Source: Takakia lepidozioides (taxonomy: Eukaryota > Plantae > Bryophyta). Taken from it: a stretch of 64,000 nucleotides of DNA. The position numbers and the translations under genes are program-made. The DNA is taken from contig CM060731.1 of the NCBI GenBank assembly GCA_030704615.1, positions 45,632,001 to 45,696,000 on the forward strand. The letters are read 5' to 3'. This document shows positions 23,480 to 35,499 of this stretch, piece after piece. Positions within the stretch are counted from its first letter, which is position 1. Each line of letters starts with the position of its first letter. The notes below the pieces were generated by a model that was given only the letters and a program-made list of their open reading frames with translations, made no database searches and had not been told where the DNA came from.

Positions 23480-25742
23480 ATGAGGGAGGAGTGGATCCTT
23501 TGGTTCACCATAGACCCGCACAAAAAGGACGGTGTTCAATGCAATCTTTGTGCATTGAAGCTGGCGGGTCGCAAAGATCGCATGTTATATCACCTCGGCT
23601 ATAGAGATGGGAAGAATGCAGGGGTTAGTTTGTGCCCAAAAGCCTCCATGCGAGTGAAAGCCCATTTTGCCCAATGTGGAGGCAATATCCCACCGTCTCT
23701 TGATGTGGCCGCGGCTTCTGAGCCAAACACTCCAGGTTCGAATCAAACTGTCCCTCAGAATTGTACCCAGGGGGATTCTTGCGAGGCGTCTGCTTTTCGT
23801 GGAGAAGCTGGTGGGTCAGGAGCAACACCTGATTGTACGCCAACACTTGTACAGACCAGACCATTGAGGCAACAATCAATGCAAGAAGGTTTAAATTTGT
23901 CGCACAGAAGGACTCTGGATAAGAAGTGGGCCCAATTTTTCTACGAGGCCAATATTCCGTTCAATGTCTCGAGGCTTCCTGCGTTTGTGGCGACTGTCAA
24001 AGCCACGTCCGATTCCAAGTCCACATACACACCTCCGAGTTATCGCGATCTCCGCACATGATTGCTAGAAGAGGTTATGTCTGACCTCACCCAAAAGGTG
24101 AATGAAAAGACAGGTGATTCTCTCTGGAAATATGGAAGCACTATATGTGCAGACGGTTGGAGTTCTATTACTAATCGACCACTGTTCAATGTCAAGCTGG
24201 TCTGTCATGCGGGGGAACAATTTTTGGGATCCGTTGACACAAACGGTGAGAGAAAAGATGCACGTTATCAAGCAGGGTTGTTGATGAGTTACATCGATAA
24301 AATTGGAGCTGATAAAATTGTCCAAGTGTGCACGGACAATGCATCTAACATGGTTAATATGGCCGATATTTTGATGGTACGATATCCCCATCTATATTTT
24401 CCAAGGGTGTGTTGCTCATATCTTTGATCTCCTTTTGGAGGATTGGGGAATCATGGATGAAACAACTAGTAAAAAGGGCAAAGTCGGTTGTGACGTTCAT
24501 TCGTACACATCACATCCCTCTGGCATTTTTTAGAAAGCATGAACCCAAATACAGCCTTAGGAACCCGGGTGAAACCCGCTTTGCCACAAAATTTTTGATG
24601 GTGGATCGACTGGTGACTGTGAGGGCGGGTCTGGAGCAGGTGATCATTGACTCTCAATGGGATGCGTATGTGGGTACCTTACGCGACTCTCGTAAGTCCA
24701 AGTCTTTGAGCAAAAGTCGGAGGGTCCGCACAATCATTCGCTCCGACGATTTCTGGACGAAATGTGCAAATTTTGTGTACATGGTGGAGCCGGTGTTGAT
24801 TGCTTTGCGGGAGTTTGATGGAAAACAACCAATAATGGATAAAGCATGGTTGATATTGGAAAACCTTGAGAAGCACATGCAATCCTTGAGGCGTCCTCCA
24901 TTTTCTATGGACGATGATTTGGCGGCAAGGACCGAGGATGCATTTTACGACCGCAAACGGATGGTTCGCACGGACTTGCATTATGCGGGGGCCTTGCTGA
25001 ATCCATTCTTGCTGGACAATACGGATTTGAGAGACGATGTGGATGCCAAAGCCGGGCTTGTACGGGTCATCATGCAACTTGCGCCCTTGAACATGGCAGA
25101 GCGAGCGTTGTCCGAGTACCAGTGCTTCTCGGATCGGCAGAATCCTTTCCATGACATGTCGGATCCAAAAACAATGAACATTTGTCACATGAATGGTGGG
25201 ATCTGATTGGAGCTGGAGCAAGAACGTTAGCTCCCATTGCAAAACGTATTCTTGCTCAAGTGTGCTCTGCCTCGTCTTGTGAGCGGAACTGGAGCAGTTA
25301 CTCGTTTGTTCACAACAAGATTCGCAATAGGTTGAATCCTGCCAGGGCTGACAAATTGGTTTATGTCTACACGAACTGTAGGCTACTGCGAGAGAGGAGA
25401 GCAAGTGACGCATCTGCACGGTACGAGGAGAATCTGTTGTCTGAAGAATCTGCCTCAGAGGTCCAATCTAGCAGCAATGATGACACAGACGCCGCGAGGG
25501 ACTCCGACTCCGACGGTTGGGATGGGTCCGATGATGTGGGCAATCCTCCACATGACCCATATGAATTTAATGACGATGATGCTGCAATGCATCCATCCTT
25601 CGATGACCTTGTTGTTGATGAACTGCGACATGGTGTCATCCCAATTGCGGACCCCCTTCCCCCAGTGGAGCACACTCTCAACAATGTACTTGAGGTCAAC
25701 TCTCCCCCACCACGAGTTCCATGGACTGCGGGAGATGTGTAG
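23480..25742 (+). pseudogene. hAT transposase (BED zinc finger, DUF659/RNase H-like core, C-terminal dimerisation domain), disrupted
   Basis: VQCNLCALKLAGRKDRMLYHL (BED), FFYEANIPFN, ICADGWS, VQVCTDNASN, PGETRFAT, LHYAGALLNP, CSASSCERNWS; stop at 24059-24061 and frameshifts near 24400 and 25190. Confidence 0.93.
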
Positions 25743-26759
25743 GTCGAATCGTCGGATGATGACAACCGGCCGTTGTCATTCCTTCACCGACATCGTGCCC
25801 CTGTGAACCGTGCTTCATCTCACCCCGCTTCATCTCATGTTTCTCTTTCTTAAGCCGGTCCATCCCATGCTAGTCCATCTAGTCTCTCTCCCCCTCATGT
25901 AATTCCTTCCATCGCTACTTCGATCCTGGGAGATGGTTCTTCTGTTGCGGAACTTCTGCAAGTCGAACCATCGGATGACGACGACCGGCCATTGTCGTTT
26001 CATCTGGCCCGACGACGTCCGCATGTGAACCGTGCTCCCTCGACTCTCGCTGGTCCATCTCATGCCCCTTCCTCTCATGTCGGCCCCTTTGATGTACGTG
26101 CGAGTAGCCTTCCTCATACGAGACCTGCTCCCAGGCCACCACGAAATCCGGGACAAACCCAGAAACGGCAGAGAATTGTGCAACCTTTTGTTGGTGACCG
26201 ACCTGTGAACAGGCCTGATACCCTAGATGGTATTCATGATAAGAGTGGACATCGACCAGAGAGACAACTGAATGTACTCCGAGGACGACTACAGGTCCAA
26301 CGGCCAGTTGCCTCTGGAAACGAAAGAACAGATGGAGATCATGATTCTAGCACTGATTATGGGAACAGATGTGAAGTCAGTGGGGACGAAGATTTTGTAC
26401 TAGACGTGAGATCATACCATCGTCGTCGTGCCAAACGGAATTAGATACAACTATAACTTCTGTGACCTGTCACATGATGTGTAGTATGTTTCTATGGATA
26501 TCCATGTTTCAGTTTGGGTACATGCATACGTGTACGGAAATAAAAATGGTGGAATATGTGTATCCAAGAAAGGATTTGGTGGTGTGCATGTGTTTGTGTT
26601 TCGTCATTACCTTTACATTGTTGATTTCATATTATGGTTTCGAAAGCCACAAATGCCAGGTGCAGCTCCCAACATTCATCTTCCCCTTCACAAATCCATG
26701 GGGAGTCGATACATGTGCTTTTCATCTGCCTCTCCAAACATACTTACAGGTGCAAGGGA

Positions 26760-27555
26760 ACCAACCTCCTGGTGGTCGCACCTATTTTTAAAAAAACAAT
26801 TGTGTGACCACCAGTAGCGGTCGTCGCAACTGTTTAAAATAAAAATGTTGCGACCACCCACTTGCTGGTAGTCGCACCTATTTACTGATTTACTGATTAC
26901 CCCTGCTGGTGGTCACAGATTTATTTTTTATTTTTTTGGGAAACACTTGGGAGCGACAGCTCACAAATCAGGCCCCTTAGTAGTGAGAGGAGAAAATAAC
27001 CTCTTTCATTTATGCGCCAAGAGGCGTAGGAATGGGGCACCACACACGAACCATACCACACCCATCAAGTAGCAAGATTTGACCCCAGAATCGTCCGGGT
27101 CGCACTCAGTGCACTTAACCAACTGAGCTACCGACTATTGGTAGATATAAAAAAATCGGAAAATTACGTGACCACCCCCTTGCTGGTGGTTGCATCTATT
27201 AAAGAAAAGAAAAATAGTACGACCACCAGTAGGTGGTGGTCGCACCTATTTCTTTTAAACAAAATTTGTGCGACCCACCCTCTGCTGGTGGTCGCGCCTA
27301 TTAAAAAAAAGAAAAATTATACGACCACCTCCCTGCTGGTGGTCGCACCTATTAAAAATAAACAAATCTGCGACCACCCCCCTGTTGGTGGTCGCACCCA
27401 TTAAATAAAATAAACAAATCTGCGACCACCCCCCTGCTGGTGGTCGCACCCATTAAATAAAATAAAATAAAATCTGCGACCACCCCCCTGCTAGTGGTCG
27501 CACATAATAAAGAAAAGAAAAAAAGATGCGACCACCCCTGCTGGCAGTCGCAGCT
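26760..27555 (-). repeat. Palindrome array 2 (~12 units, reverse orientation, poly-A spacers) upstream of the RING gene
   Basis: TGCGACCACCcccctgctGGTGGTCGCA units at ~50-54 bp spacing; interrupted by a SINE. Confidence 0.95.
26921..27142 (-). mobile_element. tRNA-derived SINE, second copy, inserted in array 2
   Basis: Nearly identical head (accaatagtcggtagctcagttggttaagtgcactgag) and tail to 8829-9036. Confidence 0.85.
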
Positions 27556-27607
27556 ATTACGAGCGTGCGCAGTCATGATGACAGCGCGCGCCCCGAGTGT
27601 GGAAGGG

Positions 27608-27650
27608 GGGCTTATAAGGCCTTGGAGGCCATTCTCTCCCTCACTTTTCT
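27608..27650 (+). promoter_or_regulatory. TATA-like box and Inr-like sequence for the RING gene
   Basis: gcttataagg...ccctcactt downstream of array 2. Confidence 0.45.
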
Positions 27651-27980
27651 CCACACTAGGACTTGGTGGGCAATGGGATGTTGCATTCCTTGTCATTGAG
27701 TCCAAGTGGAGAGGGGTGCTATTGGTTGGGTAGGGGGTATTTTGGGCCGTTGGATTCTACGAATTCGATGTTGAGTACCTCCCGGGAAGCCCTCCTCTGG
27801 TACCCACGTTTTTTTCATTGCACATTGCGTCATTTCTCTTAGAACTGCCGAGGGGGTGACACGTGCCTCTAGTACTTGGGGAGGATTCATTAGGGAGTAG
27901 GATTAGGTATGATTTAGGAGGGTTGGGAGAGCATTTTTCTTAGCAAACACCTGTCGAGTAGGGGTAAGCTGGAGCCATAA

Positions 27981-30500
27981 ATGGCGGAGGAGGAAGACAG
28001 AGGAGATCATCCCAAGGATGACGATAATGAACCTGGACCTCCCAAAAAAAAACCAAAAGGGGTCAGGCGCGAACTTCGTTGGGACATATATAATGACCCC
28101 AACATTCTTGCGGAACCAGGTTGGGAAGTTTGGAAGTTGGGGCAGCGGTGGTCGCTTGGTGACTGCAGGAAATTTGTGGACTGGTGTCACATAAATCGTT
28201 TGTGGCCCAGAGATAGGCATGATCCACAAACCAAACAAAATCAAACTAGCTTGCATTCCTGCGCCAACCCGCATTTCCGCCACAGGGCAGAGGAGGTACA
28301 ACAACATTGTGGGGTCAACCGCTCGTCAACAACAAGGTCCCGTATTTATTTGTGGCCATGTTGTACACAGAGTTGATTTTATTGCGACCGGTGGATTGGC
28401 AAACTTCCACTGCGAGACAACGTACTAGACTATACATATTCTCTGATATCCCAGACTTGTATATACGTCAGGGGCAGGACATCATACGGTTCGATGGAAA
28501 CGACGAGGTGGAAGAAAGAAATGCGGATGGAAACGACGATGTGGAAGAAAGAGAAAATGCAGACCAACCTCCAAATTATATGCCGCGACAGATCTCCGCA
28601 GCCGGGCCTTCAACGTCTGAGGTGGAGGGAGGCGAGGTACGCTCTCCGTTGGAGGAACAGTTGGCCGCATATGAACAGCACATCAAAGACCTGCAGGACA
28701 TTGTTCATTTGCAACGGTGGCAAATAGCGAAGTTGCTGGAAAGAATGGGGTTAGGGACTCTCGACAGCGTACGCGGTGTGCTTCAGGATCCGAGGCCAAT
28801 CACCAACAAGCAAGACATATTGGCGCGTTTGAATATGCCACCAATGGACATTGACCGCGTCATCGACGGGGTTAACTCAATCGGGCATGGGAATGAAGTG
28901 CAAACGTCTGAACTGGACCCGGCGAGGGTTGAGGAAGAAAGACTTGTGGCGGAGAAGGCAAGAAAAGGGAATGACCCCATAGTGGAAACTGGGGAATGTT
29001 CAGCCGTGCAAATTACATCGGCCCAAGAACAGGAATTAGAGCAGCTTGTGGGGGAACGCGAGCAAGCTAGGGCTGTTGCATATCGGTACTCAAATGCCAT
29101 GCAAATCTGATCGTGGCCATGGTTGAAGGGGAATTGGCGGAATTGGGTGACATGGGCGGGCCATCTAGCATCGCGGGAAACACGGATAGAAGAAGCGTTG
29201 TCCTCCCTCCAACGTGCAGCACGTTTGTCGAATCGAAGTGTAGATAGCATCTATGCTAATTTGCAAATGCACGACACTGTGCGTGATGTATTCACGTCGA
29301 AGTACACTGGATTCACCACATGGGCTGATGTGGATGCCATGTTTGAGCACTGTGTGCATACAATTTCTGATACCAATAACAGCATAAACTGGGATTTGAA
29401 GTAGAGGAGGAGTGGGACACCAGGCCGAGGATGTCATCCTACATTCATGAGGATAAACGGACGTGGATACCACAGAGCAATCCAGCGTCATGGGTAACAG
29501 ATGGTACGGTGTGCACAATGTGCCTAAACCCTTATGGACCGGAGGGAGACTATATGTTTGGTTCATGTGGCCATTTGTTCCATCCCGCATGTCTCATATC
29601 GGCAGCCATGCGAGCCAGCCAATGCCTTGACTGCCGTGGACCAATCCATCGACGTTTCTACGAGTTGTTTGGGTTACAAGACAATATGCCCACAAGATAC
29701 GAGTACAACCGGTACAACATGCCGTTGGATGTATCGCCTTACGATTTTTTAAATTGGCAGCACTAGGGGGAGACAATGACATGGGATGCTCCAAGAGAGA
29801 TGCACGCCTTGGATGCGAAGTCATTAACTAGGGTTAAAGATCCGGTGACCTTTTGGGTGACATCCAACTGGGAAATAACCGTGCGTGCTAGAGGCATACG
29901 AGACCCAGTCCAAAGGGAATTTTTGCCAGAACTTGGGAGGGCATTGGAGCTGTACCAGACAAAGATTCTTCCGACTGCCTGAGAAACCGTGGGTGCCAGT
30001 GGAAAACGACCTATACCATCGCGAACCGATTGGGAGAGACCTATTTCTGAGGGAGTTGGAGGCCGCTAGCATCCGTTGGGAAGATATGAATGAGACGTAC
30101 TGGGTGCCTCGTCGGGATGAATGGCCATTTCTTCCAGAGCTGCGCAGAGACCCCCATCAGGAGGAAGTGTTGGACAATTTCAAGGCTGCCATCATGAGTG
30201 TTGTAAAGTATTGGCAGAACACATGACGTAACCAAGTGTTCTTGCCACTTCCAAACATATCGGATTTAATTGAAAAATTTCATGTCGCCGTAGCAAGAGC
30301 GACACACCCGGCTCTGGCAAATGTGGAAGAGAGTCAGCACTCGCCTAGAACGCTACACATGATGGCAAGGGTGGACCACACAACACTGGGTCCTCTTTGA
30401 CCACTCGAGCCCAGGCTCGAGCTCTCCGTACTGGTGGAGGCACGTCCTCTACACCCGGAGCATCTTCATCAACATTTGGAGATGACGACAACGAAGTAAT
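27981..30500 (+). pseudogene. hAT cargo gene: NLS + coiled coil + RING-H2 protein, disrupted
   Basis: Consecutive ORF pieces 27981-28376, 28307-29110, 29123-29404, 29431-29766, 29776-30226. PPKKKPK (NLS-like); RING CTMC...CGHLFHPAC...CLDC; several stops and frameshifts. Confidence 0.75.
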
Positions 30501-30559
30501 AAATCTAGATGAAGATAACTAGAAAGGCTAGAAACGTAGGGAGTAGGCCAAAGGTCTCA

Positions 30560-31500
30560 TGTTGCGAAAACTTAAATGTGCAACCCACTGTATAGTCTAC
30601 GTAATTTTTGGAAATACGAGGTTCATCCTTTGAACCAATTTTGAATGACCTCATACTTGTTCGGTACCTGTTTGACGACATGTACAATATACAGACAAAG
30701 TTTCAAAACAATCAAAAATTGTTGAATGAAGATACCATTGGTTCACCCATTGTAATATTTTAAATCGAACTCATACTTGTCCAGGTACCTTTAAGAGGGC
30801 ATGTACAATGCAATGGCAAAGTTTGAAAACATTCAGAAATCGGCACATCAAGTAACCATGGTCCATTGATTCCTCCTGTGAACCATTTTTGATTGATCTC
30901 ATACTTGTCCGGCCCATGTAAGAGGCATGTAGAACATACTGGCAAAATTTCAAATCATTCAAATTTTATTTGATCAAGGAACCTTTGGTTTATCATTTTC
31001 ACCATTAACGATTAATCACAAATAAATGAACAGACGAATAAATCATTTGCCTCCAAATGATTTTGGTTCGCTTTGAGACTTGGCCAGTATATTCAATGTA
31101 CCATGGAAGAGGCCCCAGAGTAATATGAGATCAATCGAAATTCGTTCAATGGGCCAACGGATGGTTGCCCATCCAAATGATTAAAATTTGGACCAATCAA
31201 AAATGCCCCAAAAAAAAAATGTTCTCTTCGCTCACTATTGCAGAACTCTCTATGAAGAGTGCATGAAGTTGATTACAAATCAAGTTTGGAGTGCAAAACA
31301 GGGAAGAAACTGTGGTTTTGGGTCTAAATGAATTATGTTCGCTCCCAAATTTGGCACGCACATTGCATATGGCTACATTACACGCCCCATTAAAAAACGG
31401 AATGAAAAAAAAATCGTGAGCACGCGAAACACAGTCCAACAGGTCCCAAAGCAATAGTAGATCCAGCGGAATACATTCAACGGGTGAACGGATGGTTGCT
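30560..31500. repeat. Degenerate ~120-bp internal repeats of the hAT (left block)
   Basis: Reverse-complement matches to 36000-36760 and 37414-37535. Confidence 0.8.
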
Positions 31501-32867
31501 CCCGTTTCAAAATAGCTTCCAACAGGTTTGGCGTGAGCAATAACTCTGCCGTGTTCGGGGTTGCGCTTACACGCACATTGTCGTTACCGCTTTCGAGGTC
31601 GCATGTTGTCATGCCGTCGTGTTCGTCCAAATTCTCCAACCCACCGTGAACAGTTTCGAGGTGGGATCCACATCCGAACAATGAGACCGTCTTGCAGGTC
31701 TGGTTTTAGCAACTTTATGACCTGAACCTGGTGCTTGCACAAATTGCCTTTCAGCGCCCACGGGCAGGTGCAACAGGCCTACTGGATATTACATGGTGTA
31801 CATTGTATTCGGATCGGAGGAGCTGATCACGTAAGCAAGCTGCCCAGGCGCTGCAGGCAAAGTCACACGTGAAAGAGGTATGTCACGGGCTGCACATATT
31901 GCACTGGAAATGTGCTTTTCTTGTTTATCGTTGCGAATAAACCCATGCGTCTTCAGATGAATGCCGTACTAGTAGTGGCCCAGTACACGCCCAGTCAACT
32001 CCCATATGAGCCAATCGGCTCTTCGACCCGTTATTTTGTCTTTGCCCATATTAAGTCTCGTCTTTAAGTTTCCGTGGTATGCCTCGATGCTTGCATTAGT
32101 ATCTTGGCTTGCATGTGGAATGTTGCGGGCAGCAGTACACCACATAGCGATTTTGGGAACCCAATACACATGAATGTAGTGGAGGAACAACTGACCAGCA
32201 GGATATTTCTTTTTCATTGCCTTCAATTTTTTCTTAACCCATTTCACAACTTCGTCTTCTTTCTGCGGTCCACCTTTGCAGTACATAAGGTCGCCCATAT
32301 CTGCCAATAGTTTCGAGGATATTCCCGGATCACTGATTTTCTGGCATGATTGCTTGACCCATGCCTTCCGTACATGCCAAAGGCAGAGAAAAATTCATAC
32401 TCTTGTGAAAACAGAGCTGCATGCAGCCACAAAGTCAGAAGTGCCTGGACCGGCATTTGTATTCAGCACTACCACAAGCGTGAGACCAGACAGGGCAGAC
32501 CATATAGCAGACCCTGGAGCGGACCATAAGGCATACCATAGGGCAGATTGAGACCATATGGCAAACCACAGGGCAGACCATAGGGCAAAATGAGATGTGG
32601 CATACCGGATTCAGTACCACCACAAGCGTGAGACCAGACGGGGCAGACCATATAGTAGACCTTGCAGCGGACCATACAGCAGACCATAGGGCAGATGTCG
32701 ACAATGAAGGCATTTGGCCGCCAGGTGGGCTTTTCTTGAAGGAGGGCATCACGCAATGTTAACATCCACGAGATAAGGTCTGATGTTCGATTGCGTGCTG
32801 ACAATATGCATGCAACCGGAATTTCGTTCAACCATTGGTCGAACACCATCAACGTGTACAAGGGGAA
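31501..32867 (-). pseudogene. MULE transposase central segment with SWIM finger (inverted)
   Basis: FPLYTLMVFD...WRPNAFIVD, LCLWHVRKAW, DTNASIEAYHGNLK, SWIM CTCPWALKGNLCKH; stops and a CAGACCATA-repeat insertion at ~32470-32697. Confidence 0.88.
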
Positions 32868-33120
32868 CTGCATGAAATGACAACCTAGTTGTAAATTTGG
32901 ACGTGACGTGGCGTTGACGCGTCGTCACGTCCGACGTCAACTACGGACGTGCGTCACGTCACGTCCTAAACCGACGTTACTGTACATAAATATGTTGATT
33001 CTTTTATTTTACTATTGACTATTTACTATGAGAACCGACATGGCCACCAATGTGGCCTCATTACGTGGACTTCTTTAATTATCTGTAAAATTCATATATT
33101 ATGATTTATATTGTCAATCA

Positions 33121-33535
33121 TGCGACCGTCAGCAAAGGTTGGTCGGACAAATTTTTATTTTTTTAAAATAGGTGCGACCACTAGAAGGGGTGGTCACACA
33201 TTTTTTCTTATTTTTTAAATGGGTGCGGCCACCAGAAGGTGGTGGTCACAACATTTTAATTTTTTTTAATAGGTGCGACCACAAGCAGAGGGCGGTCGCA
33301 CATTTTTTCTTTTTTTTAAATTGGGTGCGACCACCAGCAGGTGGTGGTCGCAACTTTTTCATTTTTTTTAAATAGGTGAGACCACCAGCAGGGGATGGTC
33401 GCACATTTTTAATTATTTTTTAAATGGGTGCGACCACCAGCCGGTGGTGGTCGCAGACTTTTTTTTTTGGTTATTAGGTGCGACCGCTCCCTGGACACGT
33501 GGCGAGGCGTGAATGGGCAACAGAGGCGGTCGCAC
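33121..33535 (+). repeat. Palindrome array 3 (~8 units, 50-52-bp period) upstream of the kinase gene
   Basis: Unit starts at about 33121, 33173, 33224, 33274, 33326, 33377, 33429, 33479. Confidence 0.95.
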
Positions 33536-33552
33536 GCTAGGCCTCTCCAGGC

Positions 33553-33592
33553 AGTATATAAGGGCCTACCCCTCATTCCCAACCCACTTTTT
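33553..33592 (+). promoter_or_regulatory. TATA box and Inr-like sequence for the kinase gene
   Basis: gtatataagg...cctcatt. Confidence 0.55.
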
Positions 33593-33840
33593 TCCCTCTC
33601 TGTGAGTGCGGTTCTGGGGCTTCTTGGAGTTTGAACTTCGGTGGCCAGGACTGAGCGTGGGGGGGGGGAGAAAGTGGATTTGTGTGGGGGAGGAGTTTTT
33701 GCCTTTTTTTCCTGGGACTGCGGGAGAGTTTGCTGTGGGTACTATACCAGTAGAGGGTGAGGAAATTGGTCGGTCTGCTAGTATATAAGGTTATCAATAG
33801 TCTTTACGAAGCCGCGTCTATTCCGCAGAGTACTTTCATC

Positions 33841-35352
33841 ATGTTCGAAAACGTTGCTTCGAACGCAGTGTCAGGGGGTTCCTCGGGAAGTGGACATAAA
33901 TGTAGGAAGAGTAAACATGCACATAAACGGGATAGTCAGGTCAACAAAAAAGACTATCCAAACGCAGAGGCCGCGAAGGTGGTGAAGCAAGTAGTGTTGG
34001 ATTATTTGAAGGACAATGACATAATGCGTTTGAATCTTTTGTATGTCCGACGACATGGGAATGAGGGGTTCCTTAGATTCCAGCACAATATGGAGATGAG
34101 AATGAGGGAGGTTTTGGCCGGGGATGAATGGGAGGAGGACAGGGCGAAGTTCCAGTTCACGAAATGGATGGAGGACCGGGTCCATGAAGCCACATGGAAT
34201 CTGAGGCAAACCATGGACAAGTTTATTACGAGAACTCATGTAGCTGAAGGTCGCATACCAACTTCGGAGAATGAGTTGTTTGTGCTTGTGAATTGGTGGT
34301 CTGACATGGCAAAGGCCCACGCCAAACGACGTACAAAACCACTCCCATGGAAGGCAGGGGCCTCGTCCGCGGATGCGGCATTGAACGTGAAATACATATC
34401 CATAAACGCACAAGTACAACAACTCGACGCGCCCAAACAGGGAGGGTATGGTACAATTCGGAGGGTTAGAATTGTTGGGGATCAATTGATTTCTCCATCT
34501 TGGGAGCTAGCAGGGAAAACGTCCAGGGAAACAAATGCTGAGCTTGCCAAAGTCCAATATAACAATGAGGCGTTGGCTGTAAAGTTCCATCATTTCGGCA
34601 TCATAAAGTATTTTGCGTTGCATCCACGTCGAAATGAAGGTTACACACATTGGTGGAATGGGGGGACCATACGATCATGGTTGAGTATTGACAGGAAATG
34701 GGGGAATGATCGGGATAACATGGAGTTAATGGAACGACGGGGGACGGAGCAGGAAATGCAGGAGGTCAACCGACTGGTTCGATTCCGACAGAATCGCACC
34801 CAATTGACATGGGCACTTTTGTACATCATGATCAACGTCCATAATCACCACCTCTTGCACAACGACATGTCCCCCGACAACATCTTATTGCATTTTCCAC
34901 AAGGGTCTGAAGATGAGTACATCAGGGTATGCGATTGGGGGATGGCCTCCACGACGGATGACCCAAAAACCACGTTGTACATTTTCGAGAGCAGAGACAA
35001 GATGATAAAGACTCTCGCACATAGATGGTGGATTGCACCTGAAATTGCAATTGTTCATAATGTAGCCAACAATCAGTCAGATGGCACACCTCGTAGGCCC
35101 CCTCTAACCGTGCCATCAGAGACCTTTGCAATTGGGAAGATAGCCCAGACAATAAATGGGGGTAACACGTTCGATGCAAGCCTGTTCAACGATATGTCTA
35201 CTGGAACCTGTTTTGCTTCCGCTCTGAAAAACTTGTGTGTAGACACAGTAAAGTTGCGGTACAAACTAGAAAATGTTGTGAAACATTTCATGACGGGGCT
35301 ATTCAATTGGCCTGAGCCCAAAAATTGCTGGAGGATGGATAGAAACTTGTAG
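33841..35352 (+). CDS. Intronless protein kinase (atypical HND/DWG motifs), hAT cargo
   Basis: Open ~503-aa frame from ATG 33841: GGYGTIRR, LAGK, NNE, LLHNDMSPDNILL, VCDWGMA, WIAPE. Confidence 0.88.
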   Translation: MFENVASNAVSGGSSGSGHKCRKSKHAHKRDSQVNKKDYPNAEAAKVVKQVVLDYLKDNDIMRLNLLYVRRHGNEGFLRFQHNMEMRMREVLAGDEWEEDRAKFQFTKWMEDRVHEATWNLRQTMDKFITRTHVAEGRIPTSENELFVLVNWWSDMAKAHAKRRTKPLPWKAGASSADAALNVKYISINAQVQQLDAPKQGGYGTIRRVRIVGDQLISPSWELAGKTSRETNAELAKVQYNNEALAVKFHHFGIIKYFALHPRRNEGYTHWWNGGTIRSWLSIDRKWGNDRDNMELMERRGTEQEMQEVNRLVRFRQNRTQLTWALLYIMINVHNHHLLHNDMSPDNILLHFPQGSEDEYIRVCDWGMASTTDDPKTTLYIFESRDKMIKTLAHRWWIAPEIAIVHNVANNQSDGTPRRPPLTVPSETFAIGKIAQTINGGNTFDASLFNDMSTGTCFASALKNLCVDTVKLRYKLENVVKHFMTGLFNWPEPKNCWRMDRNL

Positions 35353-35499
35353 ACCTTTGACGCTACATCATGTTTGAATAAATGTTGTTTTCAATTGTGT
35401 TTGTCTCGTACCATAATATTTTAATGGTTTGTTACTTGGCCATGGCACCTGGGTCCATCATATGGGATAATCAAGCACCACACCCACGAATCTTGAAGA

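Noticed and set aside
22390-33535. CRISPR array interpretation of the palindrome-spacer arrays
   Set aside because: Spacers are low-complexity poly-A/T and resemble each other, repeats vary, there are no cas genes, and the context is a eukaryotic TE.
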